Origin: an uncultured Gammaproteobacteria bacterium
Lineage (GTDB): Bacteria > Patescibacteriota > Patescibacteriia > Magasanikbacterales > GWA2-37-8
DNA length: 60,296 bases
Direction of reading: 5' to 3'
NCBI GenBank assembly: GCA_964624315.1
Contig: CAZUWJ010000002.1
Span: 1-60,296 of the forward strand
The translations under genes were made by a program, and so were the position numbers. The notes under the pieces were generated by a model. The model saw nothing but the letters and a program-made list of their open reading frames with translations, made no database searches and was not told the origin of the DNA. Numbering within the stretch: the first letter of the stretch is position 1; each line of letters begins with the position of its first letter. Positions 9,392 through 17,729 of this stretch are shown here, piece after piece.

Positions 9392-12301
9392 TTAATTTAT
9401 TAAGTTTAAACCAACTTCGATATTGTTTATTTTAATTTTTTCTAACTCTTTGCCAACTTTCAATTCCACAGAATTAGTCATCTTCTTTATATCTTCATTA
9501 TACTCCTCAAACACCTGCCTGATCAAATCATCAGTAGTTTCATACTCTATCACTACATCTTTTTCAACAATCATCTTCTTTTCTTTTCTTTTCTGATTTA
9601 TCATTCTAACAATCTCACGCACTAATCCTTCTTTTCTTAATTCTTCTGTTAACTCAATATTCAAAACAACTTTTATTTCACCGTCTTCTTTTATAACATT
9701 ACCTTCTTCTAATTTAATTTCTTCCACATGCTTTACTTCTTTTACATTCAATTCATTAGCTATTATTGATTCATACTCACTGTCCAATTTATTTGCTTGG
9801 TAACAAAAAGATTGTAAAGGCTGTCTTACTTTTAATTTTTCTTCATCTCTTAGGGCCAAACCCATTTCAACAATTTTTCTAACTAATTTCATATTTTCCA
9901 AAACTATTTCATCAATCAAATCTGTTTTTAATTCTGGCCAAACTTCTAAATGAACTGAATTTTCAAAACCTAGCTCTTTATAAATCTTTTCTGATACGAA
10001 CGGCATAAATGGAGCCATAATCTTGGATAGCTCCACCAACACACAACCCAAAGTTTTTACTGCATCATCCCTGTCCTTTCCTTCACTTTTAAATCTATCC
10101 CTACTTCTTCTAACATACCAAGTAGATAATTCATCAATAAAATCTTTTATTGGTCGACTAGCATTAAGCAATTTATACTCATCCATATTTTCCTCTACTT
10201 CTTTTTTTAATATTTCCAATTTAGAAACAACCCATTTGTCTAGGACATTATCACTTTCAAATTTAGAATTATTTTCTTCGGTTTTATTAGTGTACATTTT
10301 ATAAAATACCACCACATTCCAAAGAGTATTTAATACTTTATTAAATATTTCTTTTACTCCCTTATCAGAAAAATTTAAACCTTGAGCTTCCATAACTGGA
10401 GAAGACACCAAATAATAACGCATGGCATCAGCTCCATATTTTTCTATCAAACCTATCGGGTCAGGATAATTTTTTAGACGCTTACTCATCTTTTTACCGT
10501 CTTCAGCCAAAACAATGCCATTAACAATCACATTTTTAAAAGCAGGCACACTGGTCTTGGCAGGTATAGAAGGATTTTTGCCACCAGTCAAAGCCGTAGC
10601 TAAAATATGTAAAGTATAGAACCAACCACGAGTTTGATCTTGACCCTCAGCAATAAATTCAGCCGGAAAACTAGCTTCAAACTTTTCTTTGTTTTCAAAT
10701 GGATAATGCATCTGACCATAAGGCATAGCACCTGACTCAAACCAGCAGTCCAAAACCTCTTCTACTCTCTTATATTTTTTACCATCTTTTACTATCTCTA
10801 CTTTATCTACCAAATGTTTGTGCAAATCATTAACTTTTTCACCAGATAAATTTTCTAACTCTTCTTTGGAGCCAATACAAATAAAATCTCCATCCTCGCT
10901 CTCCCAAACAGGTAATGGCGTGCCCCAAAAACGGCTACGACTTATCGCCCAATCACGAGCGCCCTCCAGCCACAAACCAAATCGGCCGTCTTTAATATGA
11001 TTTGGCACCCAATTAATTTGTTGATTATTTTTTAATAACTGTTCTTTCAATTTTGTAACAGACACAAACCAACTAGCCGTCGCGTAATTCAAAAGCGGTG
11101 TATCACAACGCCAACAATGAGGATAGCTATGTTCATATTTTTCTTTTGAAAATAACAAACCATTATGAGCTAAATATTTTATAATCTCTACATCGGTTTT
11201 GGTATGATCTTCTATTGGTTTTACTTCTTGACCTGCAAAATCTGTAACCTCTGGTATAAATCTACCATCCATACTAACATGCTGTACCCAACCAGTATTT
11301 TCACGTTTACCCAGCTCGTAATCATCATCACCAAAAGCGGGAGCAATGTGAACCACGCCAGTACCATCTTCGGTTGTAACAAAATCGGTCGATACTACCC
11401 GAAAAGCATTTTCAGTATTTTTAAAATATGGAAAAACTGGTTCATAATCTAAGTCTAATAAATCTTTACCTAATAATTCTTTTAAAATTTTATACTCTTT
11501 ATCCTTCAAAACATCCTCTACCCTGTCTTTGGCTAAAACATATTTTTCACCCCCTACTTCCACTACAACATACTCAATATTTTCTCCAACAGCCAACAAA
11601 ACATTGCCTGGTAAAGTCCAAGGAGTAGTGGTCCAAGCCAAAACATAAACATCGCCATCAATATCTAACTTTTCTTTAACGTTTTTTAATTTAAACTTGG
11701 CAGTAACTGACAAGTCTTTTATATCTTTATAACCTTGAGTTACTTCAAAATTAGAAAGTGGCGTTTCACAACGAGGGCAAATATGCATTGATTTATAACC
11801 TTTATAAATCAACTCTTTATCCCATAACTCTCTAAATACCCACCAGACACTCTCCATAAAAGGCAAATCCATTGTTTTGTAATCACTCTCCATATCCACC
11901 CAACGACCCATACGACGAACGGTTTTTTTCCACTCATCAGCATATTTCAAAACCGTGCTACGACAAGCTTCATTAAATTTATCTATTCCATATTCTTCTA
12001 TTTCTTTTTTACTGCCTAATTTCAAATCACCTTCAATAATATTCTCAATTGGTAAACCATGACAATCCCAACCCCAACGACGCTCCACTCTATAGCCTTT
12101 CATTGTCCAATAACGAGGAACAATATCTTTTATCAAAGAAGCTACAATGTGCCCGTAGTGAGGCAGACCAGTAGCAAAAGGAGGCCCATCATAAAAATGA
12201 TAAGGCTTATCTTCTGGACGAGAATCAACTGATTTTTCAAAAGTTTTATCTTTATCCCAAAATTCTAATATTTCATTTTCTATATTGTTTGCTTGATACA
12301 T
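9392..12301 (-). CDS. ileS: isoleucine--tRNA ligase
   Basis: HIGH motif (PHYGHIV), KMSKR motif and CP1 editing domain. I trimmed the start to ATG 12301 (MYQANNIENEILEFWD), because the track's 20-codon extension runs into the leader RNA. Confidence 0.92.
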   Translation of the reverse strand: MYQANNIENEILEFWDKDKTFEKSVDSRPEDKPYHFYDGPPFATGLPHYGHIVASLIKDIVPRYWTMKGYRVERRWGWDCHGLPIENIIEGDLKLGSKKEIEEYGIDKFNEACRSTVLKYADEWKKTVRRMGRWVDMESDYKTMDLPFMESVWWVFRELWDKELIYKGYKSMHICPRCETPLSNFEVTQGYKDIKDLSVTAKFKLKNVKEKLDIDGDVYVLAWTTTPWTLPGNVLLAVGENIEYVVVEVGGEKYVLAKDRVEDVLKDKEYKILKELLGKDLLDLDYEPVFPYFKNTENAFRVVSTDFVTTEDGTGVVHIAPAFGDDDYELGKRENTGWVQHVSMDGRFIPEVTDFAGQEVKPIEDHTKTDVEIIKYLAHNGLLFSKEKYEHSYPHCWRCDTPLLNYATASWFVSVTKLKEQLLKNNQQINWVPNHIKDGRFGLWLEGARDWAISRSRFWGTPLPVWESEDGDFICIGSKEELENLSGEKVNDLHKHLVDKVEIVKDGKKYKRVEEVLDCWFESGAMPYGQMHYPFENKEKFEASFPAEFIAEGQDQTRGWFYTLHILATALTGGKNPSIPAKTSVPAFKNVIVNGIVLAEDGKKMSKRLKNYPDPIGLIEKYGADAMRYYLVSSPVMEAQGLNFSDKGVKEIFNKVLNTLWNVVVFYKMYTNKTEENNSKFESDNVLDKWVVSKLEILKKEVEENMDEYKLLNASRPIKDFIDELSTWYVRRSRDRFKSEGKDRDDAVKTLGCVLVELSKIMAPFMPFVSEKIYKELGFENSVHLEVWPELKTDLIDEIVLENMKLVRKIVEMGLALRDEEKLKVRQPLQSFCYQANKLDSEYESIIANELNVKEVKHVEEIKLEEGNVIKEDGEIKVVLNIELTEELRKEGLVREIVRMINQKRKEKKMIVEKDVVIEYETTDDLIRQVFEEYNEDIKKMTNSVELKVGKELEKIKINNIEVGLNLIN

Positions 12302-12475
12302 ATATTTTAAATAAAAAAACACACTATTAATGCGCCAAGAGCCCTTTGAGGGCGGTACCATCTTGAACTTTTACTTAATTAAAGCTATAACGGGCTTTCC
12401 CGAGAGGGTCTACTTTCTTTTACAAAATTTCTTCCTCTAGCTTCCTGCTGATAACAGGTCAAATGCTTTTCTTAT
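12302..12475 (-). promoter_or_regulatory. candidate T-box-like leader (Ile specifier) of ileS
   Basis: On the minus strand, AGAUGGUACCGCC (12351-12363) matches the T-box core GGUGGUACCGCG. Upstream, hairpin CCUG-UUAUCAG-CAGG (12444-12458) presents AUC followed by A in a 7-nt loop. Confidence 0.45.
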
Positions 12476-12481
12476 ATAGAT

Positions 12482-12509
12482 ATTATACTAAATCAAGAGG
12501 ATTTGTCAA
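12482..12509 (-). promoter_or_regulatory. sigma70-like promoter of ileS
   Basis: Minus strand: TTGACA (12504-12509), 16-nt spacer, TATAAT (12482-12487). Confidence 0.6.
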
Positions 12510-12532
12510 TGTTTAGGCTAAAATGTTATAAT
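12503..12532 (+). promoter_or_regulatory. divergent promoter of rpiB
   Basis: TTGTCA (12503-12508), 18-nt spacer, TATAAT (12527-12532). It shares the palindromic -35 region with the ileS promoter. Confidence 0.45.
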
Positions 12533-12575
12533 ATGATATAAGAGCAACACCTTTTAACACTTCTAATATAAAAAT

Positions 12576-13019
12576 ATGATATACATCGGTGCTGACCACA
12601 GAGGTTACCAATTAAAAAAATACTTAATCCGTTATTTAAAAAATGAACTCAGTATTGAAGTTGAAGATTTGGGAGCACTTGAGCATAACGAAACAGACGA
12701 CGCCCCTGATTTTGCTAAGGCAGTCGCCCAAAAAGTTGTTGAGAACAAAGAAAACAAAGGTATTTTAATTTGTTGGACAGGACACTCAATGTGTATCACT
12801 GCTAATAAAATAAAAGGCACTCGCGCCATCTTGGGATATAATATAGAAGGTGCAGAAATGGGACGCAAACATAATGACGCCAATATTATATGTTTAGCCA
12901 GCAAGTTTTTAAGTGATGATCACGCTGGTATAATAGTAAAAAAATTCTTAAACACAAGTTTTGAAAAAGATGAACGTTTAGTCAGGCGAAATAAAAAAAT
13001 TGAAGAATTAGAAAAATAA
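12576..13019 (+). CDS. rpiB: ribose-5-phosphate isomerase B
   Basis: 147 aa with an IYIGADHRGYQLK start typical of the RpiB/LacAB family. Confidence 0.88.
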   Translation: MIYIGADHRGYQLKKYLIRYLKNELSIEVEDLGALEHNETDDAPDFAKAVAQKVVENKENKGILICWTGHSMCITANKIKGTRAILGYNIEGAEMGRKHNDANIICLASKFLSDDHAGIIVKKFLNTSFEKDERLVRRNKKIEELEK

Positions 13020-13020
13020 C

Positions 13021-13689
13021 ATGGAAAAACAAATTATCCCCGCTGTTTTAGAAAACAGCCTTCAAAATTTTGAAGAAAGTATAAAAAAAATAGAAAATTC
13101 AAAAATAAACTTTTCACACATCCAAATTGACATTATGGATGGTAAGTTTGTGCCTAATTCATCTTTTGATCAAGAAGATGAAAATCTAAATTTAAATGTA
13201 AATACTGATTTAAAATTTGAATTGCATTTAATGACCGAGCACCCCTTAAAAGATATGATTCGTTGGCAAACAGAAGCCAGTATTTTTAGAGTTTTGTTTC
13301 ACATTGAATCAAACGACGACCCCCAAGAATGTATTGATTTTTGTTTAGACAATGGATGGCAAGTAGGAATAGTTATAAACCCTGATACTAACATAACTAA
13401 AGTTATCCCCTTTGCGGAAAAAGTAGATATGTTAATGTTTATGACAGTTATTCCTGGTAAGCAAGGACAAAAAATGATGCCAGAAATTGAAAAAAAGATA
13501 AAAGAATACAAAAATTTAATTAAGAATAACGAGTACAAGCCTTTGATATCAGTTGACGGAGGAATAAATACTGACAATATTAAAACAGTCAAAAATTGGG
13601 GCGTAGATATTTTGAATGTTGGCAGTTCACTAGTCAAAACAACTAACTTAAAAAAAACTTATACCGAACTATTAAATAAACTAAAATAA
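13021..13689 (+). CDS. rpe: ribulose-phosphate 3-epimerase
   Basis: 222 aa with HIQIDIMDGKFVPN, VDGGIN and a TIM-barrel pattern. Confidence 0.85.
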   Translation: MEKQIIPAVLENSLQNFEESIKKIENSKINFSHIQIDIMDGKFVPNSSFDQEDENLNLNVNTDLKFELHLMTEHPLKDMIRWQTEASIFRVLFHIESNDDPQECIDFCLDNGWQVGIVINPDTNITKVIPFAEKVDMLMFMTVIPGKQGQKMMPEIEKKIKEYKNLIKNNEYKPLISVDGGINTDNIKTVKNWGVDILNVGSSLVKTTNLKKTYTELLNKLK

Positions 13690-13691
13690 AT

Positions 13692-14636
13692 ATGTTGGAT
13701 TTAATTATTATTGGAGGATCAGCGGCCGCTTCTAGTGCAGCTATTTACAGCGCCCGTCGCAAATTAAATTTTAAAATGATAACCAAAGACTTAGGTGGTG
13801 AAGTAGCTCTGTCGGGCGAAGTTGGTAATTGGCCTGGAATTATTAATATTCAAGGATTTGAACTAGCCAAAAAATTTACCGACCATGTCAAATCTTATGA
13901 AGTGGATATTGAAGAAGGCTTTAATGTAGAAAAAATTGAACAAAAAGAAAAATATCTCATAGTCTATGCTAAAAACTTTTCTGGAGAAGAAAAAACCTAC
14001 GAAACAAAATCAATTATAGTAGCAACTGGCATACACCCTCGTCATTTGGAGATACCTAATGAAGAAAAACTATTTCACAAAGGAGTTACTTATTGCACAG
14101 TCTGCGACGGCCCTCTCATGAGAGATAAAACTACAGCAACGATCGGATCAGGTAATAGCGCGCTAGAATCTGCCTTAATGATGTCTCAAATTGCTAAAAA
14201 AGTATATTTAATTAGCAAATATCCAGATACCAAAGAAGCTAACGGTGGTTTCCCAAGAGGAGAAAATATTTTGATAGACAAAATAAAAGCCATGGATAAT
14301 GTAGAAATAATATACTCTACCAAAACTACTGAAATTTTAGGTGAAGATAAAGTAAGTGGATTAAAATACAAAACAGACACTGGCGAAGAAAAAGAAATAG
14401 AAGCTGATGGAGTAATGATACACATTGGTTTTACTCCTAATTCTCAATTTATCGACTGTGTAGAAAAAGATAGAGCCGGACAAATAATGGTTAATAAAAA
14501 AGGAGCTACTAATTGCCCTGGTATTTTTGCCGCTGGAGATGTGACTGACATTCCTTACAAACAAATTGGTATTGCTTCTGGACAAGGCATAATCGGTGCT
14601 TTATCAGCAATTGAATATATAAATAAATTGGCATAA
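13692..14636 (+). CDS. trxB: thioredoxin-disulfide reductase-like FAD-dependent oxidoreductase
   Basis: 314 aa with a GGSAAASSA dinucleotide fold, the redox CTVCDG motif and GDV.D near the C-terminus. Confidence 0.75.
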   Translation: MLDLIIIGGSAAASSAAIYSARRKLNFKMITKDLGGEVALSGEVGNWPGIINIQGFELAKKFTDHVKSYEVDIEEGFNVEKIEQKEKYLIVYAKNFSGEEKTYETKSIIVATGIHPRHLEIPNEEKLFHKGVTYCTVCDGPLMRDKTTATIGSGNSALESALMMSQIAKKVYLISKYPDTKEANGGFPRGENILIDKIKAMDNVEIIYSTKTTEILGEDKVSGLKYKTDTGEEKEIEADGVMIHIGFTPNSQFIDCVEKDRAGQIMVNKKGATNCPGIFAAGDVTDIPYKQIGIASGQGIIGALSAIEYINKLA

Positions 14637-14637
14637 T

Positions 14638-14856
14638 ATGGTATACTTAATAAAGGTAATAGGTGCTACTGGGTTAATATTAATAACTCTTGGGGTTCTA
14701 ACCAAAAAAAGAATTAGCCAAACATATCTATTTATTTTTGGTGGAATATTTCTCTTGGCATACAGCATTTATTTAAAAGATCCAATTTTTATACCATTAC
14801 AAATTATTTTTACCCTAGCTTCTTTATACGAAATTTATACATTAAAAAAGAAATAA
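14638..14856 (+). CDS. small 2-3 TM membrane protein (paralog 1)
   Basis: 72 aa and hydrophobic. Aligns by eye with the next ORF (LLAYSIYLKDPIFIP.. vs LLSYAIWIKNIIFII..). Confidence 0.55.
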   Translation: MVYLIKVIGATGLILITLGVLTKKRISQTYLFIFGGIFLLAYSIYLKDPIFIPLQIIFTLASLYEIYTLKKK

Positions 14857-14878
14857 TTTTAAATTAAAAAATAAATTT

Positions 14879-15169
14879 ATGCCTCCTTTATCTGGTTTTT
14901 TACCAAATTTACCAAACGGCCCTCTAGAAACAATTATCTACATTGTTGCTTTTATTGGGATTATACTAATGGCTTACTCTGTTTTTTTAAAAGCAGAAAA
15001 AAAACAAGATGCTGTTTTGTTAATTGCCTCTCTTTGTCTTTTGTCTTATGCTATTTGGATTAAAAATATTATTTTTATCATCGCAATGCTCGGCTTAGGT
15101 ATTTCAAGTTTAGTAGAATTTATAGAAATCGTCTTGGGATACCACAAGGAACAGGTAAATAAAAAATAA
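14879..15169 (+). CDS. small 3 TM membrane protein (paralog 2)
   Basis: 96 aa and hydrophobic. Paralogous to 14638-14856. Confidence 0.55.
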   Translation: MPPLSGFLPNLPNGPLETIIYIVAFIGIILMAYSVFLKAEKKQDAVLLIASLCLLSYAIWIKNIIFIIAMLGLGISSLVEFIEIVLGYHKEQVNKK

Positions 15170-15173
15170 TTCT

Positions 15174-16136
15174 ATGTATAAAGTAATTACAATCGGCGAC
15201 CCCTTAGTAGATACTCACATCAAAATAGATCATGACGATATCGACTGGACACTAGAAGACAAAAATCAAAAAATTTGCCTAAATTATGGTCACAAAATAC
15301 CAGTGTCTGACAGTTTTCAAGCTTTGGGAGGAAACGCTGCCAATGTCGCGGTCGGTTTACAAAAATTAGGTTTAAAAACCGCCCTACTAGGGACCGTCGG
15401 CAAAGACACCCGAGGAAAATTTATTTTAAACGAATTAAAAAAACATAAAATAGATACTGCTCATATAACTTTTGATAAAAAAAATGAAACTCGTTATTCA
15501 GTAATTTTAAATTACAAAGGCGAAAGAACAATACTATCCTATTCTAAAAAGAAAAACTATGTCTGGCCAAAAAAAGTCCCAACCTGCGGGTGGATATATT
15601 ACACTTCTTTGAGCAAAGGTTTTGAAGACATGCAAAGAAAAATGTTAGAACACTTATCCAAACACCCAACTGTCAGATTAGCGATTAACCCTGGGTCATT
15701 TATGATAAAATACGGATTAAATAGTATAAAAGAAATAATACCAAAAGCGGACTTACTGTTTGTTAACAAAGAAGAGGCAGAAAAAATATTAGGCTTAACC
15801 AGATCTTTTTCTATGGAAGGCTTGGCCAAAAAATTATTAAATTTAGGAGTAAAAGAAGTAGTTATAACTAATGGCAACAAAGGTTCTTGGGCAGACGACA
15901 ATAAAAAAATTTACTTTCAAAAACCTTTTCCAGTACCAGTTGTAGCCAAAACTGGAGCTGGAGATGCTTTTGCCAGTGGATATTTGGCTGGCAAAATAAA
16001 TAACAAAAATATTAAAGAATGTTTGTTATGGGGCACAGCTAACAGCTCAGGGCTCATCCAAAAACAAGGTGCTCAAAACGGATTACTAAACAAAGCGGGT
16101 GTTATAAAAATGATAGAACAATACAAATCAAAATAA
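15174..16136 (+). CDS. pfkB-family carbohydrate (ribokinase-like) kinase
   Basis: 320 aa with GGNAANVA and a C-terminal TGAGDAFASGYL signature. Confidence 0.8.
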   Translation: MYKVITIGDPLVDTHIKIDHDDIDWTLEDKNQKICLNYGHKIPVSDSFQALGGNAANVAVGLQKLGLKTALLGTVGKDTRGKFILNELKKHKIDTAHITFDKKNETRYSVILNYKGERTILSYSKKKNYVWPKKVPTCGWIYYTSLSKGFEDMQRKMLEHLSKHPTVRLAINPGSFMIKYGLNSIKEIIPKADLLFVNKEEAEKILGLTRSFSMEGLAKKLLNLGVKEVVITNGNKGSWADDNKKIYFQKPFPVPVVAKTGAGDAFASGYLAGKINNKNIKECLLWGTANSSGLIQKQGAQNGLLNKAGVIKMIEQYKSK

Positions 16137-16143
16137 AAAACTT

Positions 16144-16258
16144 TGTCATCCTGAGCGCCTGTCTGTCAGCAGGCAAGGAACATTGTCATCCTGAGGTATC
16201 GAAGGATCTAACAACGTATTTAAGATTCTTCTCCGCCACCCGGCGGATCAGCATGACA
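16144..16258. repeat. cluster of three modular TGTCATCCTGA repeat units
   Basis: Units start at 16144 (+) and 16184 (+, TGTCATCCTGAGGTATCGAAGGATCT). An inverted unit at 16221-16258 reads on the minus strand as TGTCATGCTGATCCGCCGGGTGGCGGAGAAGAATCT. Confidence 0.85.
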
Positions 16259-16290
16259 ATTTCTACTAGATGAACTAAGCACAGACAAAC

Positions 16291-16328
16291 AAAAAATCCC
16301 TAGAGAGGTATCTCTCTAGGGATTTTTA
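16291..16328. terminator. bidirectional intrinsic terminator
   Basis: TCCCTAGAGAG-GTAT-CTCTCTAGGGA flanked by A6 and T5. Confidence 0.8.
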
Positions 16329-16330
16329 TT

Positions 16331-17053
16331 TTATTTTAATATATCTATATCCTTTACCAACTGAATACCTTTCAAATTATTTAAATGCACTTGTCTGTCT
16401 ACAAAAAAATCATTACTCTGACACACGGCGCTATAATCTAAGTCTGGACCAAGCAAACACAACCCCTCTTCAAAACTACGAATTTTTGATTTTATTTCTT
16501 GCACTAAAACAGGATGCTCTTGCTCCCCCTCTGCCAAACTTTCCAATTTTTCAAATTCTTTTTTAATATTATTCAAAATTTCTACAAACTCATCTACTCT
16601 TTTAAAATATTTATCTTTTAATTTTAAAACTATTTGATTGGCGGTATATTCTTTTAATTTTATTTCCATTTCTACCAACACTTTACATAATTCTACTCGC
16701 TCGCTACTCTCAAAAAAATCAGCCGGACGACCAGAGTGCAATTCTTTAAAACTTCCACCCATTTCTAAAAAATCTTCATACTTTTCTCTCAAATCCGGAC
16801 TAAGCAAAGGCAAGAAAAAATGATCACCCATTTTCCCCTCGTTTATAGCCAAAAACTCTTTAAAAGCCTGGTTATATGGCCAAACCTCATAACCAAAAGA
16901 AACAGCGGTATCCTCTGCCTGTTCTCGCTCAACTTCTTTATTGTTTTCCAATTGCTCTAGAGCATTTTTCATTTCCTCTTTTTTTTCTTTAGGAAATAAA
17001 GGAGGAAGATGTTGATACAAATGTCTAAAAATTGAAATTGTTGATTGAGGCAT
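16331..17053 (-). CDS. hypothetical protein (acidic, helical)
   Basis: 240-aa ORF with no recognisable motif. Confidence 0.5.
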   Translation of the reverse strand: MPQSTISIFRHLYQHLPPLFPKEKKEEMKNALEQLENNKEVEREQAEDTAVSFGYEVWPYNQAFKEFLAINEGKMGDHFFLPLLSPDLREKYEDFLEMGGSFKELHSGRPADFFESSERVELCKVLVEMEIKLKEYTANQIVLKLKDKYFKRVDEFVEILNNIKKEFEKLESLAEGEQEHPVLVQEIKSKIRSFEEGLCLLGPDLDYSAVCQSNDFFVDRQVHLNNLKGIQLVKDIDILK

Positions 17054-17081
17054 AAAATTTTTTAGTTCTAAGTGAAAACTA

Positions 17082-17618
17082 CTACTTATTATACCTGCTT
17101 ATCTCATACATCGCAACGCCCGCAGCGACAGAAACATTCAAACTTTCTTTTTTGCCTTGCATTGGAATCTCTATATGAGTATCACACAAATCTAATAATT
17201 TTTTATCAACTCCTCTAACTTCATTACCCAACACCAAAGCTAGCGGAAATTTTGGTTTCCACTTTGTAATATCAACGCTTTTTTCTGTCTGCTCCAATGC
17301 TACAATATTAAAACCTTGTTTTTTCAATTTTTTGAGCAAACGCCCTGTTTGTTTCTTTTGCTCCCAAGGAATCCATGTTTCTGCTCCTAGAGAGACTTTG
17401 TCTAACTGAGGGTGAGGAGGAGTAACCGTATATCCACAAATATATATTTTATCTACCCCAAAAGCGTCCCCCGTTCTAAACATCGCCCCAACATTATGCC
17501 CCGAACGAACAGAAGGTATCACCAAAACAAATTTTTCTTTGCTAATTACTTCACTGTCATCCTGATCCGCCGGGTGGCGGAGAAAAATCTTATTTTTTTC
17601 TTTTTTCATAATTTTCAT
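17082..17618 (-). CDS. SpoU/TrmH-family RNA 2'-O-methyltransferase
   Basis: Motifs NVGAMFRTGDAFG, LVLGNEVRGV and IPMQG..ESLNVSVAAGVAMYE. The first ~25 codons include a repeat unit, so the true start may be further downstream. Confidence 0.85.
   Translation of the reverse strand: MKIMKKEKNKIFLRHPADQDDSEVISKEKFVLVIPSVRSGHNVGAMFRTGDAFGVDKIYICGYTVTPPHPQLDKVSLGAETWIPWEQKKQTGRLLKKLKKQGFNIVALEQTEKSVDITKWKPKFPLALVLGNEVRGVDKKLLDLCDTHIEIPMQGKKESLNVSVAAGVAMYEISRYNK
17555..17590 (+). repeat. TGTCATCCTGA repeat unit (type B) inside the 5' end of the trmH-like ORF
   Basis: TGTCATCCTGATCCGCCGGGTGGCGGAGAAAAATCT is near-identical to the units at 16221-16258 (inverted) and 47661-47696. Confidence 0.85.
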
Positions 17619-17633
17619 TTTAGACTAATCGAT

Positions 17634-17667
17634 AGTATGGTCGATAGACTAGTCTATCGACCATACT
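17634..17667. promoter_or_regulatory. perfect 34-bp palindrome (operator or hairpin candidate)
   Basis: AGTATGGTCGATAGACT/AGTCTATCGACCATACT: 17+17 nt with no mismatch and no loop. Confidence 0.5.
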
Positions 17668-17700
17668 ATTTTACATAAACGCATTGTCCACTTACTTTAT

Positions 17701-17729
17701 TTGCCCAAAAACACCATAATTGCTATACT
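17701..17729 (+). promoter_or_regulatory. sigma70-like promoter
   Basis: TTGCCC, 17-nt spacer, TGCTATACT. About 28/36 identical to the promoter at 19801-19836. Confidence 0.55.

Noticed and set aside
12302-12361. 20-codon N-terminal extension of ileS in the ORF track (MVPPSKGSWRINSVFFYLKY)
   Set aside because: The conserved IleRS N-terminus begins at the Met at 12301. The extension is read from the T-box-like GGTACCGCC block of the leader.
16144-16258. Possible CRISPR array formed by the TGTCATCCTGA repeats here and at 31302-31446
   Set aside because: The units are in mixed orientation with irregular spacing of 0-40 nt, and their internal sequences differ. No cas genes are present. This is not a CRISPR architecture.
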